A stretch of 64,000 nt of DNA from contig JACKHZ010000013.1 in the NCBI GenBank assembly GCA_020638735.1, forward strand, positions 277,694 to 341,693. Direction: 5' to 3'. The notes beneath the pieces were generated by a model, which was not told the DNA's origin, did no database searches, and worked only from the letters and a program-made list of their open reading frames with translations. Position numbers and translations under genes: made by a program. The DNA is from Planctomycetota bacterium (lineage in GTDB: Bacteria > Planctomycetota > UBA1135 > UBA2386). This document shows, in pieces, positions 15,501 through 23,976 of this stretch; positions within the stretch are counted from its first letter, which is position 1; every line of letters begins with the position of its first letter.

Positions 15501-17734
15501 GAGGAACGCCGTCTCGAGCGCGAACAGGCCGCGGCCGACGCGCACCTCGCCGTGCGCGACCGTCTCCGTGTAGTCGAAGAAGTCGGGTCCGAGCGTCACC
15601 GTGTCGCCGAAGGTGCGTTCGCTGCGACCGCCGTTGATGCCGAACTCCAGCACCGAGCCGAGGTAGTCCCAGCTGGCGAAGGCGACCGGCTCCTGCTCGG
15701 CATAGCCGACGCCGACGCCGCCCTGCACGACCTGCGTCAACAGCGGATCGGCGAACAGCCCGTAGACGCCGTAGCCGCCAGTCGGCACCGCGAACGTCGA
15801 CGGCGACCAGAAGCGCGGGCGCAGCTCGGAGAGGCCGGAGTACGGCTCGACGCTCAGCGCGGCACCGGCACCTGGAGTCGCCGCGGGCAGCGGCGTCGCG
15901 GCGCGCGACACGCCGGTCGCCTGGCGGTTGCTCGGCTCCACCGGCGCCGGCCAGAGCAGCTGGATCGACGGCACCTCGGTCGGCGGTGGTGGTGGGGTCG
16001 TTGGCGATGCGCGCGACGAACGGGCCGCGCGCGTCGTGATCGACGATCGCCAGCGTGCGACCATCGGGCGACGGCACGCAGGCGATGACGCCGCCGATGA
16101 CGTTCGTCACCGGGGTGACCTTCGCGTTCGCGCCGTCGAGGGGCCAGGCGGTAGGCGTTGGCGACGCCGGTGGCATCCGCGCAGCAGAACAACGCGTCAC
16201 CGACCGCCGTCCAGCACGGGTGCAGGATGCGACCGCGCACCTGCCACAACACGGTGCGCGAGCTGGCATCGCCGAGCGAACCGAGCACCAGGCGCGAGCC
16301 GTCGCGGTCGGTCTCGACCCAGACCAGCTCGCCGTCGTGGGCCGGACGCAGCGCCGGGCTCCACGGCGTGCCCTCCGTCGGCAGCACGCGCGCGCCGCGC
16401 CGAGTTCGCCGTCGACGAGTTGGTGCACGACGAGTTGCTGACCGCCGCCGTCGCGCAGCTGCACCGCGACCACCGTGCGCGCGTCGCCACGCAACGCGCC
16501 GGCGTCCGGCTGCAGCATGCGCCAGCCGACGACTTCGCCGTCGACGACCAGCCGGCTGATGCCGCGCCAGTTGTATTCGTGGTAGACGACCCCGGTGTCG
16601 CGCCCGCCGTCGGGCAGCGCGCGAACGGCGCCCAGCGCGCGCGTCGGCGTGTTCGACCCGGCCAGTTCGCCGTCGGCGGTCAGGGTGTGCAAGCGGCCTC
16701 GACCCTGCGCCGGCCAGCCGCCGAACACCAGCTCGCCGTCCGGGCGCCACGCCGGCGCCCCCACCGACATGTCGACGGGGGTCAGACGTGCGGTCGCGGT
16801 CACCGGCGCGCTGCGCAGGGTTGCCAGCGCCGCGGCCTGTTCGGCGGCGAGGGGCCTGGCGCGCGCGCGCCAGCAGCGCCTGATGGCGTTGCCCGACGGC
16901 GTCGCGCGAACCGCGATCGAACACGAACGCCCACGACTTCGCCTGCTGCTCGACGAGACGCCACACCGACGCGCGATCGCCGAAGTAGCCCTCGAGGAAG
17001 CGGGTGTAGGCGGTGCCGTAGGTGTAGGCGCGACCGCCGAACGGCCATTCGTGGTAGGTGATGCGCCAATCGCTCTGGTCGGGGATCGCGGCCGCCGCCG
17101 CGTCGAGCCGCCAGATCATGTGCGTCAGCGGATCGCGGCCGCGACCGGCCCAGACCCGCGTCGGGTCGGCGTAGCTGGTCTCGGCCCACACGCCGAGCCC
17201 TTCCTGCCAGAAGCGCGGCATCGTCTGGTGCGCGGGCGTCGACAGGTAGAAGACCAGCGTGCTGAACAGGTCGTTGGGCAGCACGCGGCCGAACACCTGC
17301 TCGAGCACGCCGCGCACACCGTGGTTGCGGTCGTTGCTGATCTGGTGGGCGAACTCGTGCACCAGCGTGCGCTCGGCGTCGAAGCCGCCGGCGAAGATCG
17401 TCGACTCGGGCTTGGACGGCGCGAGCTGCAGCTGCACCAGCGGGAACGGCGTGACGAACGAGTAGCCGTTGTGCGAATCGGACCAGTCCCAGATCAGCAG
17501 CCGCAGCTTCTCGCCGGGCACGAACCCGGAGTCGGCGATCATGTGCGCATAGAGCTGGTCGGCGCGCGCGACGAGGTCGCGCAGGTCGTCGGCGGCGGCG
17601 GCCGGCACGTAGGCGCGCAGGTGCTCGGCGTCGATGGTGGCGATCGCCTCGTCGGGCCAGATCAGCGTCTGCGCCGGCGCAGCGACACCGGCGACCAGGG
17701 TGGCGAACGCGAATGCGGCGCGGCGTCGGATCAT
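15501..17734 (-). pseudogene. disrupted gene for a large envelope protein (N-terminal HExxH-type domain, TolB-like beta-propeller repeats, Omp85-like C-terminal barrel); at least 4 frameshifts and 3' truncation by IS91 fragment B
   Basis: Coding-quality sequence hops between three frames. Frame of 17734: signal MIRRRAAFAFATLVAGVAAPAQ, ...TLVHEFAHQISNDRNHG..., good to about 16870. Frame of 16803: VGAPAWRPDGELVFGGWPAQGRGRLHTLTADGE...VAVQLRDGGGQQLVVHQLVDGE, to about 16385. Back to the first frame: TPWSPALRPAHDGELVWVETDRDGSRLVLGSL, to about 16140. Second frame: DGANAKVTPVTNVIGGVIACVPSPDGRTLAIVDHDARGP, to about 15985. Third frame: VEPYSGLSELRPRFWSPSTFAVPTGGYGVYGLFADPLL...FGINGGRSERTFG, up to the IS junction. 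Confidence 0.7.
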
Positions 17735-17900
17735 CGGGGGGCAGTTTCCTCGCGGCGCGCGCGCGCAGCAACGCGAGCGCAGACGTTCGGCCGCGACGCC
17801 AGCGGAACGATTCCAACGCCCCCCCCGTCACCTTGCCGATTCCCACGACCCGACTAGCATGACCGCCTCGCTCCCGGTCCAGCCTCGCGAAGGAGATACC

Positions 17901-19409
17901 ATGCAGCTGATCCGCCTGCTCACCGCCACCGCCGTCTCGCTCGCCGGCGTCACCGCGCAGCAATTCACCTCACAAGAGCTCCCGACCGGGCACGGCAAGC
18001 CGGTGCGCGCCCTGCCGGGCGACTTCGACGGCGACGGCACGCTGGACCTGTTCGTCGTGCAGCTCAACAACTTCGTCCAGGGCGGCTTCCAGGTCTGGTC
18101 CCGCCTGGCCAACGGCACTTGGGGCATGCGCGTGAAGCACGCTTTCGGCAAGGTGTCGGGTGCGGCCGTCGCCGAACTCGACGGCGATGGACGTCCGGAA
18201 GTGATCCTCGCGGCGGCCAACTCGCCCGTATTTCCCCTGAACTCGGTCATCGTCATCCGCTTCTCGCCGCGCATGGAGCCGACGTTTACGACCGTGGCGT
18301 CTGGCGGGGGCGAGTTGGCGCTGCTGCGCGGCGACCAGGACGCGTTGCCCGACGTGTTCCTGTTCTCACAGTCGAACGTCTCTTTCCTGCGCAACCTCGG
18401 CGGCGGCAACTTCGCGGCGGCGGTGGACACGACGATCGTGCCGCCGACCTCATGGGAGGACACGCTGCGCATGAACGACTTCGACGGCGACGGCTTCGCC
18501 GACCTGCTGTTCGTGGCGCGCATGCCGGCGGAGCTGGTGCTGTATCGCGGCAACGGGGCGGGTGGCTTCCTGCCGGCGATCGTGACGCCGATACCGTTCT
18601 ACACCTGGAACGGGGCGCTGACGATCGATGCCGACATCGATGGCAACGGGATCCGCGACGTGATCGTCAGAGGACGCGTGATGCTCGGCACCAACAGCGG
18701 CACGTTCGTCGACACGACCGTGGTGATTCCTGGAAACCCCTTCGACTGCGGCGACGTCGACGGCGATGGGCGGACCGACGTGTTCAGTGAAGTGCCCGGG
18801 GGACTGACCCCCTACCTGCAACAAGCGCCGTTGGTGTTCACCGCGGGCAATGCCCTGCCGCTGGGCAGCGGCGCTGCTCGCAGCGTTCTCGACGTCGACC
18901 AGGACGGCTTCCTCGACGTCCTGCGACTTCACGTCGACACCGTCGGGCCGATCCAGGCGAACCTGTACACTCGGGATCGGCCACACCAACCGCCGCACGT
19001 CTGGCCCTACGGCATCGGCACACCCGGCTGCAAGGGCCACATCGCGCTGAGCGCCAACCGCGATCCGGTCGCCGGCGACCCGGGGTTCGCGATCACGGCG
19101 ACCAACGCCCCGACCTCGGCGATCGGCGTGCTGGCAGTCAGCTGGCAACTGCTGCGGCCGGAGCCGTCCCAACCCGGCGGCCTGGGGTTCGACTTCGTGC
19201 TGCCGCTGTCGCCGTCCTACGTCGCGGCGGTCGTGCCGTTCTTCGGCAACACCTACGGGCAAGCCCACTTCCCCGTGCCGCTGCCGGCGGCGGGTTCGTT
19301 CCTGATGCAATGCCAGGCGATCTGGCTGGCACCAGACGGCGACGGCGCGTGCAGCGCTTCCCCGCTCGGCTTCGTCAGTTCGAACGCGCTGCAGGTGCTG
19401 AGTCACTGA
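17901..19409 (+). CDS. secreted FG-GAP/VCBS-repeat (integrin-alpha-like beta-propeller) protein with shared C-terminal domain
   Basis: The ATG at 17901 is preceded by AAGGAGA (17890-17896). The signal peptide is MQLIRLLTATAVSLAGVTAQQ. Repeats of the type GDFDGDGTLDLFVV, ELDGDGRPEVIL, NDFDGDGFADLLFV, DIDGNGIRDVIV, GDVDGDGRTDVF and LDVDQDGFLDVL are present. The C-terminus ...AHFPVPLPAAGSFLMQCQAIWLAPD....GFVSSNALQVLSH matches the shared domain. Confidence 0.85.
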   Translation: MQLIRLLTATAVSLAGVTAQQFTSQELPTGHGKPVRALPGDFDGDGTLDLFVVQLNNFVQGGFQVWSRLANGTWGMRVKHAFGKVSGAAVAELDGDGRPEVILAAANSPVFPLNSVIVIRFSPRMEPTFTTVASGGGELALLRGDQDALPDVFLFSQSNVSFLRNLGGGNFAAAVDTTIVPPTSWEDTLRMNDFDGDGFADLLFVARMPAELVLYRGNGAGGFLPAIVTPIPFYTWNGALTIDADIDGNGIRDVIVRGRVMLGTNSGTFVDTTVVIPGNPFDCGDVDGDGRTDVFSEVPGGLTPYLQQAPLVFTAGNALPLGSGAARSVLDVDQDGFLDVLRLHVDTVGPIQANLYTRDRPHQPPHVWPYGIGTPGCKGHIALSANRDPVAGDPGFAITATNAPTSAIGVLAVSWQLLRPEPSQPGGLGFDFVLPLSPSYVAAVVPFFGNTYGQAHFPVPLPAAGSFLMQCQAIWLAPDGDGACSASPLGFVSSNALQVLSH

Positions 19410-19411
19410 CG

Positions 19412-20074
19412 GTGCCGGAGCACGAGCCACGCCCGCCGCTGCCGCGCGGTGTGCGCATCGCGCTGGTGTTCGGCGGCTGGACGCAGATCGCGTGGTTGAC
19501 GACCGCGCTGTTCGCGTGGGCCGCGGCGTTCCAGATCGACGAGATGCACTTCGACTTCCTGACGTTCGCCGACCCGACGGCGGTCGCGAGCGGCGATCTG
19601 CTCGGCATCGAACGTCACGAGGAGCCGCAGAGCCGGGGCCGGAAGCCGTGGGTGTACTTCGAGCACAGCTACCGCTTCCAGGTCGACGGCCTCAACTATT
19701 GGGGTGAGTCGTTCGCCGACGAACGCATCCCGGGGAAGGAACCGCGCATCGAGTACGTCGTCGCCGAGCCAGAGCGTTCGCGCATCGTCGACATGCGGAC
19801 GCGTCCTCGCTCGGGATGGAACGCGGTGGGCGGCATGGCCGCGTTCCTCGCCATGGCGCTGGTCGCCTGGTCGAGACACCTGCGCGTGCACCGCATCGCC
19901 GACAGCGCCCGCGTCCAACTCACATTGCGCCCACATCGATCGCACTGGCGCGTCGGCACGGGGCTGCGTCTCGGCCGCAGCGGCGAACTGATCGCCAGGG
20001 TCGCATGGCGCAACCTGGTCCCACCGGTCCTGGGCATCGCCGGGTTCGTGTTCCTCTACGCGCGCATGCCCTGA
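19412..20074 (+). CDS. membrane protein, DUF3592-like (TM - beta domain - TM)
   Basis: The probable GTG start at 19412 lies 2 nt after the stop of the upstream gene. The N-terminal helix is VRIALVFGGWTQIAWLTTALFAWAAAF. The central region is SGDLLGIERHEEPQSRGRKPWVYFEHSYRFQVDGLNYWGESF. The second TM is GGMAAFLAMALVAWS. The family call is tentative. Confidence 0.55.
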   Translation: MPEHEPRPPLPRGVRIALVFGGWTQIAWLTTALFAWAAAFQIDEMHFDFLTFADPTAVASGDLLGIERHEEPQSRGRKPWVYFEHSYRFQVDGLNYWGESFADERIPGKEPRIEYVVAEPERSRIVDMRTRPRSGWNAVGGMAAFLAMALVAWSRHLRVHRIADSARVQLTLRPHRSHWRVGTGLRLGRSGELIARVAWRNLVPPVLGIAGFVFLYARMP

Positions 20075-20151
20075 TCCACGGCGCGTCGGCCGGCCTCACT
20101 CGAAGTGCCGCGCCGCGAACTGCAGGTAGAACTGCCAGTCGCGCTCGCTGA

Positions 20152-21341
20152 GGGGATAGGTCGTCCAAGCTGCAGTCCGGCCCACCCGAACCGCACGACC
20201 GCGTCGATCCACGATCCTTCGCCCCCCGTCGACCCGCCTTCGGACCCCGCCCAACCCGGGCACTCTTGCCGAAATCCCCCTTCCAGCCAACACCCCGCCC
20301 CCGCCGCGACCCTTCGCCCGTGGCCTCCGCTCCCTCACCTCACGCGCCCCACCACTCCGGCCCTCCCGGCGGCGCCCGCGCCGGCGCTACTTGCGCCACC
20401 TCACACGGCAACCCTATCGCCCGCAGCACCTTCTCGATCGCATCCGGCGCGGTGATCGCCGCCAGCAGCCGACGCACGCCGCCGCAATGCGGACAGACGA
20501 GCACGTCGATCGCGAACACCCGCCGCAGCAGTTCCGCCCACGGATAGCGGCGACGACGCATCGTCGCGCAACCCGATCGACCGCCGTTCGGTGCATGCGG
20601 GACCGTTCTGCGTCTCAGGCACAACGCGAGCACCGCCTGCACCGCCCGCTGCTCCGGCACCGCATCGACGCCTTCGTCCGCCACCGCCTCTACCTCATCC
20701 ACCCGAGGCACGACCCGCGAACGCAACCCCGCCGCCGGCGCCAACACGCTGTGATACGTCACCAGGTGCCGCCGCGGCGGCGGCACCAATGCCAGCAGCC
20801 GCTCGATCAGCACCTCCGGCTCCATCACGACGTGTGTCGAACCGTCCTTCCACCGCCGCTTCAGCGAGTACGCCACCCGCCCATCCGGCAGCAGTGACAA
20901 CCGCGACTCCGCGATCGCCGCACGACCCGCGTAGCGCAGCAGGTGCTCCAATCGCTTGCGATCCCCCGCCGCGACACGCACCCCGGCGTGCAGCGAGAAG
21001 CCGTCGTGATCCGCGCACAGCGGGCCCTTCACGAACGGTTCCGCACGCGTGCCGCGACCGACCCGCACGTCGATCTGCCCGGCGCGTTCACCCAGCGCGG
21101 CGCGACCCGTCACCGCACCCGATGCCAGCGTCAGCATCGTCTGCTGCTCGCCATCGACGACCTCGCTCGCATCCGCCGCATCGCCTTCGTCCCACCACTT
21201 GCCCGCCTTCTTCAGCTCCCTCGTCACACGCGCGCCGATGCGCCGCACCTGTGCTGCCACGTCCGCGTCGGTCAGCCCTTCGTGCTCGTGCCACGCGACC
21301 TCCCCGCGGCCGGGCTGCCAGGAGTACACACCGTCGAGCCA
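20152..21341 (-). mobile_element. IS91-family element, fragment C: oriIS-like end plus ~330 C-terminal codons of the transposase (5'-truncated)
   Basis: Almost identical to fragment B from the tail through ...[23 protein letters not shown]. Homology to B stops after ccgtcgagcca (21341). On the ori side it abuts a 17-codon remnant of a minus-strand gene (..SERDWQFYLQFAARHFE*, stop at 20096). Confidence 0.85.
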
Positions 21342-21861
21342 GCTCGGCAGCGGCCTGACCGAGCTGAGCGCGTCGGCGAGCTCGATCTCGGGGCGCGTGG
21401 TCCGCAACGCCGAGATCGCCACCGAGACCCGTGCGCGCAGCACGTCGGCGGCGGAGCTGTTGCAGCGGCTCGGTCAGACGACGCGCAACATCGGCGAGAT
21501 CACCGGCATGATCCGCGACGTCGCCGACCGCACCAACCTGCTGGCGCTCAACGCCTCGGTCGAGGCCGCGCGCGCCGGTGAAGCTGGCCGCGGCTTCGCC
21601 GTCGTCGCCGGTGAGGTCAAGGAGCTGGCCAAGCAGAGCCGCAGCGCGACCGGCGAGATCTCGGCGCAGCTGGCAGAGATCTCCAACCAGGTCGCCGCGT
21701 CGGTCGAGGCGGTCGACAAGATCTGCAAGGACATCGACGCCGTCGCCGACAACACCAGCGAGGTCGCCGCCGCCGTCGAACAGCAAGCCAGCGTCGTGCA
21801 GGAGCTGAGCATGACGGCCGAGACGCTCGCGTCGCGCTCGGGCGTGATCCCGGCGAATTGA
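21342..21861 (+). pseudogene. 3' fragment of a methyl-accepting chemotaxis protein gene (signalling domain only), 5'-truncated by IS91 fragment C
   Basis: From the IS junction the + frame reads ...[61 protein letters not shown]...[16 protein letters not shown]. This is the highly conserved MCP hairpin-tip signature. No sensor, TM or HAMP part is present. Confidence 0.85.
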
Positions 21862-21864
21862 CGG

Positions 21865-22935
21865 TCAGCGGTCGCCGCCGCCCGCGACGCGCACCGGCCA
21901 CTCGATCTCCAGCGGCACGCCCGGCAGCAGTTCGATCGGCAGCGGCTCGGCGGTGAGGGCGTCGCGCTCGGGGGCGTGCAGCACGAACCGGCCGGCAGGG
22001 AGGCCGTGCAGCTGCAGCGTGTCGCCGTCGACCGAGACCTGCGGGTGGGGCGCGACGATCGCTCCGTCGGCGTCGCGAACGATCGGTCGCGGCAATGGCC
22101 CGCGCCACGGCGGCGTCGCCGGCAGCACCGGCCGCACGCGCAGCGGCACCGAGCGCTGCAGTTCGATCGGCGGCAGTGTGGTCTCGGGTTCGCTCAGCGT
22201 CACCTCGATCGATCGGCTGGCGTGGTCCGGCGCGTGCACCAGGATGCGGTGGTGGCCCAGGTCGAAGCCGTCGATGCGGAAGCGCCCGCCGTCGGTGCCC
22301 AGCGGTTGCAGGTTGCGGTCGCTGGACAGTTGCACCATCAGCACGGCGTCGTCCAGCAGCGCGCCGGCGGTGTCGACGACCGAGCCGGCGAGCGTGGCGT
22401 GCTGCAGGGCTTCGTCGGGAAGTCGCAGCGTCAGGGCGCTGGTGCCGGCGGCGACGTTGCGTGCCGTGATCTGCGGCGCCGCGTCGCGCCAGGACGTGCC
22501 TTCGCGGCGGGCGACGACGGTCAGCGGACCGTCGGCAGGCCCCCACAGCGAGAAGGTGCCGTCGACGCCGGTGCGGGGAAAGCCGAGTCGCACGGCCGCC
22601 TCGAACCAACGCTCCTTGTTCGGCTCGGCGTCGGCGAACGCGACGACGAACCAATCGGCCACCGGTGCGCCTTGAGCGTCGAGCAGGCGGCCGGCGACCA
22701 TCACGCGTTCGTCGATCACCATCTCGAGCGGCGGGTTCTGCTCGCTCACCTGCAGGGTGCGTCTGGTCAGCACAGCGTCGTTGCGTCGCACCTCGAGCAC
22801 GACTTCGCCGAGCGGCAGCGTCATGCGCTGGCTGGTCGCCGGTTCGCGCATCGTCCAGGAATCGATGGTCTTGCCATCGGGCTTCGACGCCAGCAGCCGC
22901 ACGCCGACAGCGCGACTGCCGTCGGGGTGCTGCAC
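21865..22935 (-). CDS. CarboxypepD_reg-like (Ig/transthyretin-like) repeat protein lacking a recognisable signal peptide; possibly an N-terminally truncated paralogue of the sigma-fusion ectodomains
   Basis: 356-aa ORF starting at a GTG. Repeats include VMVAGRLLDAQGAPVADWFVVAF, ATLAGSVVDTAGALLDDAVLMV and TDGGRFRIDGFDLGHHRILVHAPDHAS. It lies 73 nt downstream of the HTH gene on the same strand. Confidence 0.6.
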   Translation of the reverse strand: MQHPDGSRAVGVRLLASKPDGKTIDSWTMREPATSQRMTLPLGEVVLEVRRNDAVLTRRTLQVSEQNPPLEMVIDERVMVAGRLLDAQGAPVADWFVVAFADAEPNKERWFEAAVRLGFPRTGVDGTFSLWGPADGPLTVVARREGTSWRDAAPQITARNVAAGTSALTLRLPDEALQHATLAGSVVDTAGALLDDAVLMVQLSSDRNLQPLGTDGGRFRIDGFDLGHHRILVHAPDHASRSIEVTLSEPETTLPPIELQRSVPLRVRPVLPATPPWRGPLPRPIVRDADGAIVAPHPQVSVDGDTLQLHGLPAGRFVLHAPERDALTAEPLPIELLPGVPLEIEWPVRVAGGGDR

Positions 22936-23008
22936 GCTACACAGCCCGGGCGGGGTGCTGTGCGACGCAGAACTGTGGCTGGCAGCAGAAAAGTCGCGGC
23001 GGTGCTCG

Positions 23009-23221
23009 CTAGTCGTGCTCCGGCTCGTACTCGAGCAGGTCCCCGGGCTGACACTGCAGCGCTTCGCAGATCGCTTCGAGCGTCGAGAAGCGCAGCGCGC
23101 GGGCGTGGCCGTTCTTCAGCACCGACAGGTTGGCCAGCGTCAGGCCGATGCGCTGCGACAGCGCGGTCAGCGTGAGGTCCCGCTTGGCGAGCATGACGTC
23201 GAGGTGGACGCGGATCGGCAT
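23009..23221 (-). CDS. small XRE/Cro-family HTH transcriptional regulator (YozG-like)
   Basis: 70 aa: MPIRVHLDVMLAKRDLTLTALSQRIGLTLANLSVLKNGHARALRFSTLEAICEALQCQPGDLLEYE. This is the classic YozG-type sequence and sits directly downstream of a DUF2975-like membrane protein, a widely conserved pairing. Confidence 0.9.
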   Translation of the reverse strand: MPIRVHLDVMLAKRDLTLTALSQRIGLTLANLSVLKNGHARALRFSTLEAICEALQCQPGDLLEYEPEHD

Positions 23222-23228
23222 CGTGTCC

Positions 23229-23861
23229 TCAGACGGTCAGTGCCTGTTCTTGCTCGAGCTCGGCGCCGTAGCGCACCAGCGTGCCGGCGGTCAGCGCGCA
23301 GCAGGCGAGCAGCAGCGTGGTCCAGTCGAAGCGGTTGGGATCGAAGCCGATGGCGGCTGCGTGGATGTCGGTCGCCTTGGCGAACTGCACCGACAGCAGC
23401 TCGAACGTCGCGTGCAGGCCGAACGAAGCGAGCAGCCACCAGCCCATCGCGGTGCAGCGGCGGCCGTTGCGTGGCGAGAACGGATGCTCGCCGCGGGTGC
23501 TGCGCAGGAAGCGGACGAGCAGGTGCAGCGCCATCAGCGACGTGACCCAGGTCAGCGCTTCGAGCAGGCGCATGCCGAAGAAGGTCACCGGGGCGACGTC
23601 GAAGAGGCGCAGCTCGGCTGCCTTGACCGCCAGTCGCGCAGAGGCGTCGGCAACTGCGCCGAGCGAGTGGTGGCCGTCCGCGATCGTCGTGTACGGGAGG
23701 CCGTGCACCGGGATGGTGAGCGAGTGATGCTGCGTGAACAGGCTGAGCACGATGTTCCCGACCACGTTCCCGACCACCAGCCAGCCGCCCACCAGGCCGA
23801 TCGCGACCAGTGCTTCGATTGCGATCAGCGGAACGGGGCGGCGCGCCAGCCGTGGGGTCAT
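23229..23861 (-). CDS. DUF2975-like polytopic membrane protein
   Basis: 210 aa with 4-5 hydrophobic helices (PLIAIEALVAIGLVGGWLVVGNVVGNIVLSLF; FFGMRLLEALTWVTSLMALHLLV; AMGWWLLASFGLHATF; TTLLLACCALTAGTLV). It is paired with the YozG-like HTH. Confidence 0.7.
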   Translation of the reverse strand: MTPRLARRPVPLIAIEALVAIGLVGGWLVVGNVVGNIVLSLFTQHHSLTIPVHGLPYTTIADGHHSLGAVADASARLAVKAAELRLFDVAPVTFFGMRLLEALTWVTSLMALHLLVRFLRSTRGEHPFSPRNGRRCTAMGWWLLASFGLHATFELLSVQFAKATDIHAAAIGFDPNRFDWTTLLLACCALTAGTLVRYGAELEQEQALTV

Positions 23862-23872
23862 GGGAGACGGGC

Positions 23873-23934
23873 TTATCGATAATCGATATGGAGTGCAAGG
23901 GGGTCATCGGTGACGCCACGCGCACGATTCGTGC
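23873..23934. promoter_or_regulatory. divergent promoter/operator region with an A/T-rich direct ATCGAT repeat and a 6-1-6 palindrome
   Basis: The sequence ttATCGATaATCGATat (23873-23889) is conspicuously A/T-rich in this G+C-rich DNA. GCACGAtTCGTGC (23922-23934) is a perfect inverted repeat. Both lie in the 115-bp gap between the DUF2975-HTH operon and the sigma-fusion gene. Confidence 0.35.
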
Positions 23935-23976
23935 ACTTCGTGTAGCACGGTCGCCCCGACCCCGGAAGACACGCCG

